NCBI GenBank assembly: GCA_963720465.1
Contig: OY970393.1
Location: forward strand, 1,760,001 to 1,824,000
Origin: Methanobacteriota archaeon
GTDB taxonomy: Archaea > Halobacteriota > Bog-38 > Methanoflorentales > Methanoflorentaceae
Direction of reading: 5' to 3'
DNA length: 64,000 bases
Part shown: one piece after another, positions 1 through 8,509 of the stretch
Layout: each line of letters opens with the position of its first letter
How positions within the stretch are numbered: position 1 is the stretch's first letter
Translations under genes and position numbers: made by a program
The notes under the pieces: generated by a model
Database searches by the model: none
Seen by the model: only the letters and a program-made list of their open reading frames with translations
Told to the model about the DNA's origin: nothing

Positions 1-684
1 GCGAGCATCAACTACATTTCGGCGGCCGTACAACCACTCACCGGCACGCGATCATTGACGCTCTTCGACTATCAGGCACCGGGATTGATTGTGTTCGCCT
101 TGCTTATGCAGGTCAGCAGCGTCGCGCAAGACCTCACGAGAGAATCTGACCGCGGAACGCTCGGCAGACTCAAACTCTCCAATATGCGGTCATTTGACCT
201 CCTCTTTGGCACGTTGCTCACGTGGATTCTCATCGCCGTAGCGCAAATACTGCTGCTTTTAGGGGTCGCCATTGCGCTCGGGTTTAGTTGGGCCGGCGGC
301 GCGAATTCCATCGGGCTCGCCCTGCTCGTTGGCATCATAGGCGGGATAGCCTCGATTTCGCTCGGCTTACTGCTTGCGGCGTTTACCACCAACGAGCGGC
401 AGGCGGCACAATTAGGGGTGCTCATTGCCGTGCCGGTGTCCTTCCTTACCGGGGCGTTCTTTCCGCTCCCCAATGAAATACTTGGAACAGCATTTGGGAC
501 GACGTTCCAGGTCTACGACTTGCTCCCCTGGACACAGGTCGCGGATGCGCTGCGTCAGGTCCTCATCTATGGGAGTGGCTTTGGCGCCGTGGCGGTCTAC
601 GTGGGATTTGCGATCGTTCTCACCGCGATCCTCTTTGTCGTCGGTGTGATCTCGTATTCACGGGTGCGATTGCGGCCGGAATAG
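1..684 (+). CDS. ABC-2 type transporter permease (5' end outside window)
   Basis: Frame open from base 1; DYQAPGL, ExxRGTLxRL and multiple TM helices typical of ABC-2 permeases. Confidence 0.85.
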   Translation, partial: ASINYISAAVQPLTGTRSLTLFDYQAPGLIVFALLMQVSSVAQDLTRESDRGTLGRLKLSNMRSFDLLFGTLLTWILIAVAQILLLLGVAIALGFSWAGGANSIGLALLVGIIGGIASISLGLLLAAFTTNERQAAQLGVLIAVPVSFLTGAFFPLPNEILGTAFGTTFQVYDLLPWTQVADALRQVLIYGSGFGAVAVYVGFAIVLTAILFVVGVISYSRVRLRPE

Positions 685-918
685 CGCCATCGCAGCTCGC
701 AGAATATCCCAGCGATTGAGGCGATCACTTACGATATCGTACTTATTATCCTCTCGACGCGTTCTGTTCATCATCGGTGTGATGGCCTTCTCTCGCACCC
801 GCTTCTAAGGGCACAAAAATAGCTAAAAGGGCTATTTCGGTTCTTTCGTTCCATCCCAAGCAGCGCACATGGCAAAGTATTTCGTGTGAAAGCAGGCCAG
901 AATTGATAAGGGATATTG

Positions 919-1401
919 ATGGCAAAAATAGAAGCAAAAATGGCTGACGAAATGCGAGCGGCGTGCATATTCCACAGAGGCGCGGTTGCTGCGATATGGG
1001 ACGATATGGGGCGGCTACTCGGTGAAGTCATCGAATGGGTGATGAAGGGAGGCTTGCAGATGGCAGGAGCTCCATTCGCGGTCTACTACAGCAGCCAGGA
1101 AGACATGGCGCGAGGCGAAATGCAATTTGACGTGGGAATCCCTTTCATCGGAGAGGCCCAAGGCGAGGGGAAAATACAGATCAAAACATTCCCTGCGCAC
1201 GAAGTGCTCTCAGCGATTCACAAAGGACCGTATAACCAAATAGCGCCCGTTTATGCAGCGTTGATGGAATATGCTGCGCAAAACGACTTTGAAGTAACTG
1301 GGGCGCCGATGGAGTTGTATTTGACCAACCCAATGGAAGTTGCGGAAAGCGACTTACTTACTGAGGTACGGTTTCCCGTTGCAAAGCGGAAGAGGCGCTA
1401 G
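919..1401 (+). CDS. GyrI-like small-molecule-binding domain protein
   Basis: GAPFAVYY, HKGPY, PMELYLTNP and LLTEVRFP motifs. Confidence 0.85.
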   Translation: MAKIEAKMADEMRAACIFHRGAVAAIWDDMGRLLGEVIEWVMKGGLQMAGAPFAVYYSSQEDMARGEMQFDVGIPFIGEAQGEGKIQIKTFPAHEVLSAIHKGPYNQIAPVYAALMEYAAQNDFEVTGAPMELYLTNPMEVAESDLLTEVRFPVAKRKRR

Positions 1402-1671
1402 CGGGCCCCGGTCTCTAAAATGCAACTGCTGATTCGGCGCTTTTTGCCGAATCCAAACAGCAGGGCTGAACTCGCCGGCTTGCAGCCAGCACAACAATGC
1501 TCCAGGACCTCGAGCTGTCCCTCTTTTTTGACTATTTTTATTGATCAGGGCGACCCGTAACTCACGCGCGGAGGCGCCAGAAACAGATTTTGTTACCTGA
1601 CCAAGGTGCGAAGGAAGAAAAAAAGCATGTGAGATTGGTGAACGCATAATCGAAATCGCGCTAACGCTGCA

Positions 1672-2703
1672 TCACATCAGGACAAAGTCAAAATCGGCGA
1701 TCTTCTCGTGCACGTCAGCGAGTGTTTCACAGAGGTTGTCTCTTTGCCTTCGTAACTTGTTGCGTGTCAACGGGTTGAGGCGGCTTGTCGATTTCAACTT
1801 TCGTTCCACTTCCTCAAGCGCATCGAGCAAGCCGTCATACTCGGCGTACAGGGCCGTCAGCTGCGTTGCCGGGGTTATCGCTTCTAGCGGCACGTTTGTG
1901 TCGGTCGACATTTGCCACGTGCTTGGGTAAGTGATGTTGCCATTTTTGTCCGTCTTGATGAGGTAGGCGTCGTAGTTACTGTGGCTCGTCCACGAGTTAC
2001 TATGCCCGCAGATAACGTACCCGCCGTCAGCGGTCTGCCTGACACAGCAGCCGCAGTCATCCCTGGCCCCTCCGTAAATCCGCTCCCACTGCACGCTGCC
2101 CGCCGCGTTCACCTTAAGGAGGTAGACGTCGCTGCCGTGGCGCGCGGAAAGCGAGGAGGTAGAGCCCACGGCGATGTATCCGCCATCGGACGTCTGGTGC
2201 ACTGAGTAGCCGTACTCGTCACTAGGACCGCCATACAGCGCGCCCCATGTCTTCTGCGAGGCGTTGGGTTGACCTGTGGCGTTGACCTTTTTGAGGTAGA
2301 GCTGGCTGCCGTAGTCTTGGGAATTGCTCGATCCCACGAGGATGTACCCGCCGTCGTTGGTCTGCTGCACTTCGCGAGCCCACCCATAGCTGCTTCCCCC
2401 GTGCGACTCATCCCACTGCACGGCGGGCGCTGCGCCGACCAGCATGGGTGACCGTCCTGCCCCCTGCGACGCTACGTTGCTGCTCTCCTTCCCGGCCGCC
2501 GTCGGCATCATCTCGTGGTGCACCGGCTGCACGTTCGCATCCTCCTCCGTTGGGTGGGTCTGCTGCAGCGCGTTGCGCTGCTCATCGGTGACCGTAAAGG
2601 TCACCTCGTCCGCTTTCTTCTTTGGCGCTGCGCTCACCACTGCCGTCGATCCGATCACGAGAATGGCGAGGATGAATGCAATTAGCGTTGTTTTTCGTCG
2701 CGT
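1672..2703 (-). pseudogene. Truncated secreted beta-propeller repeat protein fused in frame to an unrelated ~79-aa helical segment
   Basis: Signal peptide RRKTTLIAFILAILVIG; three WxxxYGG..D....V.QT.DGGYI.VG...DVYLLK repeats; abrupt switch at TWQ|MSTDT (ATG 1911); only ACG/ATT codons near the GAAGGG SD-like site. Confidence 0.6.
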
Positions 2704-2789
2704 GCGAATCCCTTCTGAAAAAGGGTACAAAGTAGTCAACACGTAGATACTTAAGCGCGTGTGACGCGCAAATGTCACAGTGGGAGTCC

Positions 2790-2930
2790 TCGTTCGTTGC
2801 CACCTGAACAAGCCAGAGGTCTGCAGACCCACGCCGAACGAGTAGGTGTTTCCGACGGCTATGCGCTCGTCGGACGTTAAGGAGTTGGTTGAACCAATCA
2901 TCGCTGGTCCCGCCATAGGTTTGCTCATCA
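2790..2930 (-). pseudogene. Frameshifted remnant of one more beta-propeller repeat
   Basis: EQTYGGTSDDW, IAVGNTYSFG and SADLWLVQV lie in alternating frames. Confidence 0.5.
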
Positions 2931-3344
2931 AGTTCGTTCGCAAATCGCAGTACATCATATAACGGGTTGTTACTAACCTATGCGTTTTACAAAGCGGTTT
3001 TTTAACTGCCCTATAGAGTCATTTTAAATATGCAGTAGCAAGTACGACTCGTGATCACGTGCCACGAGTCATAGGATATAGAGAAGAGGCAAAGATCGAA
3101 TCCTCAAAGCCGCGCAAGCGGCGTATTCTAAGAGGGGTAGCGTCAAACGACGATGGAGGACATCGCCCAGAGGCTTGGCGTCAGCAAGGGCGCGTTATAC
3201 CTCTAATTCAACAGCAAAGAAGAGTTATTTGTGAAAATAACTGAATGTAAGCTCAGTAGCTAGGTAGTAAAAACGAGAAGCCGATACGAATGAGGGTCGA
3301 GAAGGCAAAGCAAATGAACGGCCAGAGAAGCTTAGACAGAACAA

Positions 3345-4511
3345 ATGAATCGAGAAACGCTCCAATCCCGGCAACGTAAACCGCTTAGGCCCGCGGCTGC
3401 GGCAACATTGGACGATGCGGGGGCGCTGGCGGACGGCTACAGCCACATTCCCGCTCTTAACGACGCCATTGTGGGCTATTTCAAAGATGCCGTGCGCATC
3501 ACCCTAAGGGAACCCGCGAAATCGCTCTTCTTTTTCCGCACTATTTTGTGGCAGAGGAAAGCGGCCCGCGTGCGGCTGAAATGGCAGAAAAGTGGCCTGC
3601 ACGTGCCGGCCCTCCTTATTGTGAGCGTAACGAGCAAGTGCAACCTTCGATGCAAAGGATGCTACGCCTTTGCGCGTGACAAGGGCAAATCAAAAGCGCC
3701 GGAGTTGAGTGACGTTCGGCTTCGTACGCTGGTCGCTGAGGCAAATGAGCTTGGAATCTCGACAATTTTATTCGCAGGAGGAGAACCACTGATCCGCAAG
3801 GATCTCCTGACCATTACCAAAGATTTCCCTTCTGTCATATTCCCGATAGTCACGAACGGAACGCTCATCGATGAGGGTACGCTTGACCACTTTCGAACCC
3901 AGAGAAATGTTATCCCGGTTGTTAGTATAGAAGGCGACGAACGTGACACTGATGAGCGTCGAGGCGTCGGGATGCACAAGCGCCTGCAGAACGCAATGGA
4001 AGAGATGTATGCCAAAGGAATCTTTTTTGGCTGCTCTCTGACGATAACACGGTCTAACTTTGCGACGATCACCGATCCCCTCTTCATAGAAAGCCTCATC
4101 CATGCAGGGACTAAGCTCATCCTCCTCCTAGAGTATGTTTCGGTGGAGCCAGGCACTGAAGACTGGATCTTGACCGATGAGCAGCGGAGCACGCTGGCGC
4201 ACAAAACAGAGCGATTTCGCACTCAATTTCCTGCAATCTTCATTGAAATTCCCGGAGACGAGGAACAGTATGGCGGGTGTCTGGCTGCGGGGCGCGGATT
4301 CGTTCACGTGAGCCCTGACGGAGATCTTGAGCCGTGCCCGGTTTCCCCCTACTCCGATGCAAATGTGCAGCAGCTCTCCCTCAAAGAGGCGCTTCAATCG
4401 AGACTTTTGCAGGCAATTCGCCAGCGTCACGAGACACTTAGCGAGATGCAGGGCGGCTGCGCGTTGTGGACTGAGCGTGAGTGGGTGCGATCTTTGCTAC
4501 AACCGCCATAA
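3345..4511 (+). CDS. Radical SAM protein with Twitch/SPASM-like C-terminus
   Basis: CNLRCKGC, GGEPL, TNG, and GGCLAAGRGFVHVSPDGDLEPCP. Confidence 0.9.
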   Translation: MNRETLQSRQRKPLRPAAAATLDDAGALADGYSHIPALNDAIVGYFKDAVRITLREPAKSLFFFRTILWQRKAARVRLKWQKSGLHVPALLIVSVTSKCNLRCKGCYAFARDKGKSKAPELSDVRLRTLVAEANELGISTILFAGGEPLIRKDLLTITKDFPSVIFPIVTNGTLIDEGTLDHFRTQRNVIPVVSIEGDERDTDERRGVGMHKRLQNAMEEMYAKGIFFGCSLTITRSNFATITDPLFIESLIHAGTKLILLLEYVSVEPGTEDWILTDEQRSTLAHKTERFRTQFPAIFIEIPGDEEQYGGCLAAGRGFVHVSPDGDLEPCPVSPYSDANVQQLSLKEALQSRLLQAIRQRHETLSEMQGGCALWTEREWVRSLLQPP

Positions 4512-4599
4512 CGTTCCGTCCTTCCACTGCGATTACGTGATTTGATACGCCACGCTGTAGAACAACGCTTAAGAGAGGCCAGGCGCGAGATTCCCGGAG

Positions 4600-5108
4600 C
4601 TATCGATCTTCCGACATTGTGGCCACCGTGGCATCGCTCTGCATCTGCAGCGCGCCTGCAAATTGCCGCAGCTTCTCTGTGTACTCCTCATTTTTGACCA
4701 CCGCGGCTCGAAGCGCAAGCACGCTGACGGGAGGCCTCCCGCATAGAGCTTGCATATCGCTAAACAACTTCTTATTCTCGTTGCCCCCCTGCGTGCAAAA
4801 GAATGCGATGCCGTTGAATTTCGACTTGTAGATCGTGATATAGGTCCGCATCGGAGTAGACATCAGGCCGTTCCAGACGGGTGTACCAAGCGTGACCACA
4901 TCGTACAACGCTGATCGTAAATAAGCGGTTCCAGTACCGTCAGCTTGTTTCTAGCTGCGTCTCGCCCAGACCTCAGAAAGCCTAGGGGGCCTGTGCGTTT
5001 CTTGGTGTCGATAAGCTCTTCACTATCGCATTGCAGCAGGTCTGCTAAGGCTCCCCCCACTCTCTTGGTGGTCCCAGTTCTCGAATAAAACACCACTTGT
5101 GGCTTCAC
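4600..5108 (-). pseudogene. Flavodoxin, split by a single frameshift near 4913
   Basis: VVFYSRTGTT in one frame; YDVVTLGTPVW...AFFCTQGG in the next; could also be an assembly error. Confidence 0.75.
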
Positions 5109-5793
5109 AGTGTTTCTTCTGATCAGGTTACGCGAGTACCCGCTTTTAATTTTATGGTTGCTTGCTCGCGAAAGCTGCCATGTGCCGGCTAGGTCCGAAA
5201 AGCGTCGAAAAATGGGGACGCTATTGGGGGGCTCAAGAAGCGTTGAAAATTGAATTAATCGTGCTCAACAGCTTCATACAGCGGATCGAGCATCGCTATC
5301 ACTATACAGTATGAAAGAGTAGGGTTTATGGGTTGCTTTAGTCATACTGTAGTAAGAGCACCCTATTCTTAGGCATCTTTTGGAGTTACAGAGCCTTCCA
5401 CTCAACGGTTCCCATTGTTTCCTGTGCAACGGTCACTTACCTTTGGGCAAGACCAACGCGTTGAAGCGCCTGAATAGCAAAAATGGCAAACCCATAACGG
5501 GGCTTATTTGCGTGATAGTCAGCATGCAGCGTCTTGATCAAATGGGATCCATAAAGGCGTGCGTTGGCATCGCTCGCTGGACAGTTGAGAGACGGCAGTC
5601 GAAATGAAGCTAGAAACTATTTAAAACGACGTCAGAGCGCCCGTCTGAATGTGCTTCCAATGGAGCACTAGCGAGCCTCGCGGCCACGCGTGAAAACGCA
5701 CTGGACGTCGCCCGTTTAGAAAAATAAGAATCTCTGTCCCACAGAAGACCTTCATTTCAAGTCCAAATTTTTAAAAGAAAGTCAAAATGGGAC

Positions 5794-5808
5794 CGAAATC
5801 GTTAAATA
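5794..5808 (+). promoter_or_regulatory. BRE/TATA promoter of candidate sRNA copy 1
   Basis: CGAAATCG-TTAAATA, identical in copy 2 and at the same distance from the hairpin. Confidence 0.65.
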
Positions 5809-5830
5809 TAACGCCTGTAGTGTTTAATGT

Positions 5831-5916
5831 GTCGATGCTGGAGAGCGAGGGCCCGCTGCGTGGCCCTACCTCGAACCGTCTTTTACTCTATGTGGCGGAC
5901 CCCGCTCCGTGTTGAC
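5831..5916 (+). ncRNA. Candidate small hairpin RNA, copy 1
   Basis: Stems GTCGATGC/GTGTTGAC, GAGCG/CGCTC, GGG.CCGC/GCGG.CCC and TGCGTGG/CTATGTG close a loop beginning CCCTACCTC; T-tract at 5939-5944. Confidence 0.6.
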
Positions 5917-5939
5917 CGGTGAAGGTTATGCTTCTCAGT

Positions 5940-6200
5940 TTTTTGCACGGTTCCCATGCCTATGTGGATAGTTATTGGCTTCGTCGTCACTATCGGCTAA
6001 GCGGCGTCGATCATCAGGATATCGTTCTTAACCTCCATTCGAATGCTCGAAATTATGTTACTTGCTGCCTCGACTTGCACTGACTGGGCGTCGCTTTGGG
6101 CTACCTGCAGTGTTCCATGAAGTGTAAAGTCGATACTGGTCGGGGGGGCGACGCTCTTCTTTTCAGTAGTCATAGTCCCTGATTTGTTGCTTGCGCTTGT
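5940..6200 (-). pseudogene. Remnant of a DUF2807 / head GIN domain protein
   Basis: GTLQVAQSDAQSVQVEAASNIISSIRMEVKNDILMI, then a stop, then KPITIHIGM; no intact N-terminus. Confidence 0.5.
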
Positions 6201-6368
6201 TTTGATATGAAGGTAAGCACTAGTGACTGTGCCTACGTTGCTAGCGCTATCGCACAAACTACCTTTATTCTTTCGCGATTGTAGTCCGATTACACCACTA
6301 CCAACTAGCCTATAGGGATTTCGAAAAGGTCAGTTCAGCATAAGGTATATATGTGGTAATATCTTATA

Positions 6369-6386
6369 ATATATCTAAAGATATAT
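6369..6386. promoter_or_regulatory. Palindromic operator upstream of the PadR gene
   Basis: ATATATCT-AA-AGATATAT, 8-bp inverted repeat ~40 bp before the ATG. Confidence 0.55.
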
Positions 6387-6423
6387 CATTTGGAACGACA
6401 TATACCAGAGAGCGTGCAAAAAA

Positions 6424-6940
6424 ATGTGGCGGTACTGGACGAAAAGCCAAAAGCAATGGACCAAAGGACAATTCCCAAACATGCCACTCTCCGCCCCTTC
6501 TAAAATGGAGCGTGGCACACTTAAATATGCCCTTTTAATGGCACTCAGAGACCAGCCGCTTCACGGCTACGCCATCATCAAGGCAATAGAAGGAACTTCT
6601 GGGTATCCACCGAGCTCCGGGATCGTTTATCCGACACTCCAGATGCTTGAAGATTAAGGATCCCTCCTAAAGACGCAGCTACAAATCAAAAAGGTGTACA
6701 CACTCACTGAAGACGGGCGTCGCTGCCTTGATGAACACCGTGAAGTGGTCGACCGCATCGAAACGCGAGCGCACACGCCCAGATGGAATTCAATTCCCCG
6801 GTATTGGTTCAAAACTAACAGAGATTGCCCGAGCCATCCTTGCTAATTACCATTACCTTGACGATGACAAGGTGAGCAAGATTGAGGACATTTTGAAAGA
6901 TGCCCGGAAGCACATAGGCCAGATCATTTTTGAGCGCTAG
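6424..6940 (+). pseudogene. PadR-family regulator with nonsense codon (6655) and frameshift
   Basis: LHGYAIIKAIE...PSSGIVYPTLQMLED*G...KKVYTLTEDGR; the C-terminal helix is in another frame. Confidence 0.8.
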
Positions 6941-6999
6941 CCCGGCAGGGCGGAATTGTGCACCTGATGGTGCATCGTCTAGAAAAAAAGGTGATTGAC

Positions 7000-7239
7000 G
7001 TGAACGACTTGTGGATCGATCTCATTGCAGCGCCGTTGCCCCAATGCATCAAATGCAAACATTTGGATCGTGGAACGCTCCAGTGTCCCGCTTTCGGGGA
7101 CACGCCAATACCAGACGACATTCAGCTTAGGCTCAGCGATCACCGCTACCCGTACCCGGGGGACCACGGCGTTCTGTTTGAAGAGAAGCATTCTTCAAGG
7201 CTTTCTGGTGAACATTCGCTGTCTCTGAGAGCTGAATAA
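7000..7239 (+). CDS. Small Cys/His-rich hypothetical protein
   Basis: AAGGTGA SD before GTG; CIKCKH..CPAF..PIPDDI..DHRYPYPGDHGVLFE. Confidence 0.65.
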   Translation: MNDLWIDLIAAPLPQCIKCKHLDRGTLQCPAFGDTPIPDDIQLRLSDHRYPYPGDHGVLFEEKHSSRLSGEHSLSLRAE

Positions 7240-7317
7240 AGCGATCGTCGTCATTTAGTGGCGTCGTTCAGAGGCAACGAGCTTGAGACTCTGCCGAATG
7301 TGGTATGAGCAGTCTTG

Positions 7318-7683
7318 TCACTTAGAAACGGTAAACGCGGCTTCGCTGGGCCCGGTCCGAACTTGACGATTTACGAGCTCAACGAGCTCCGGTTTCGAGC
7401 GCTCCATTTGCCGGAGGTGGTACGCTTGCTTCATGACTGCTGTGTCAAGGGCCGCTTCGATGGGCACCGCGCAGTATTTGGTTGGCCTTGTAGCCGATTC
7501 TTCAATCATTGCCTTCTCAAGAAGTCCGTTCAGTGTCTTGTAAACATCCGCGCGAGCTATTCCTGTCACATCAACAAGCTCACCGGCAGTTTCCTCGCCG
7601 TTGTTGAGCAGCGTCAAATAAAGGCTAGCCTCCATTTCGTTGATGCCAAACGTCCGCAGCTGTTCTACCATCGTCTTCTCCAT
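7318..7683 (-). CDS. TrmB-family regulator, HTH only (probably truncated)
   Basis: LRTFGINEMEASLYLTLL, RADVYKTLNGL and RPTKYCAVP; effector domain missing. Confidence 0.7.
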   Translation of the reverse strand: MEKTMVEQLRTFGINEMEASLYLTLLNNGEETAGELVDVTGIARADVYKTLNGLLEKAMIEESATRPTKYCAVPIEAALDTAVMKQAYHLRQMERSKPELVELVNRQVRTGPSEAAFTVSK

Positions 7684-7980
7684 CAGCGGGTAGTATTGTC
7701 CGAATGGTTTTATACATATGGCCACGATGCCGCACGCGCGAAGACGAAAGCAGATACTTTGCGCGGATTTTGGTGCCTTTAGGGCAAATCGGCTCTATCT
7801 CAAGTATAAGCTCTCTAATGCTGCATAGCGACGAGTGAAAGGCCTGTAATCACGCTTTCACCCCCGAGCTATTGCACAGGCCAAAGAACAGGATCCCGGC
7901 TCTTAGTTTCGTTGCGCTGTGTTTCGACCGGCCGAAAAGGGAATGGAACAACGCGGACCTTTTCTGGCTGCGCGTGATTC

Positions 7981-8332
7981 TCACGGAGTCAAAAGGCCTT
8001 CAATAACTTCTCTGAGCACGGTCACATTGTTGTACCGCTGCTCCCGTGATGCGTAAACCAGCGTGATATCCCTGTCAGCGGCGTCAGCGATCAGTTTCTG
8101 CAGGAGGTGCGTTTTGGTTGAGCTCGGCTCGGTACCGTCTTTGGAACTCGGGCCATTTTTTCGGGTCGTGTTCAAACCATTTGCGACGTTCCGCGCCAGG
8201 CGCGAGGTCCCTCAACCACCCATCGAGTTTCGCATCAGATTTTCTCACGCCTCTGGGCCAGGGTCGATCAACGAGGATTCGATAACCGTCGCTGGGCTCA
8301 GCTCTCTCGTAAATCCTTTTGGATTTGATCAT
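7981..8332 (-). pseudogene. DUF488/YeaO-like protein split by a frameshift near 8115
   Basis: KRIYE..DGYRILVDRPWPRG..KWFEHDP..F..RYRAEL, then ITLVYAS....NN..VL in the next frame. Confidence 0.8.
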
Positions 8333-8509
8333 AATCCCACTGGAATTCTTGCAGACCCCCTTTGCACACACGCGCGGCCAGCACTGGCGGCGACGGGTGC
8401 GCTTCTTAAGTAAGCTGCGCAGTGCACGAATGGGTTCTTCAGCTGCTAAACCTGCGCCCGCCGACACACGTGGTGTCTTGGAATCGGGCGCGGCTCTGCG
8501 GCGATCACT

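Larger units (their letters stand above)
5338..5920. repeat. Dispersed non-coding element, copy 1 (homologous to 46444-47031)
   Basis: Shared blocks TTCCACTCAAC, GCTAGAAACTATTTA, CGAAATCGTTAAATA and GTTTAATGTGTCGATGC at offset 41105-41106; GGCCCTACCTC also shared. Confidence 0.9.
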
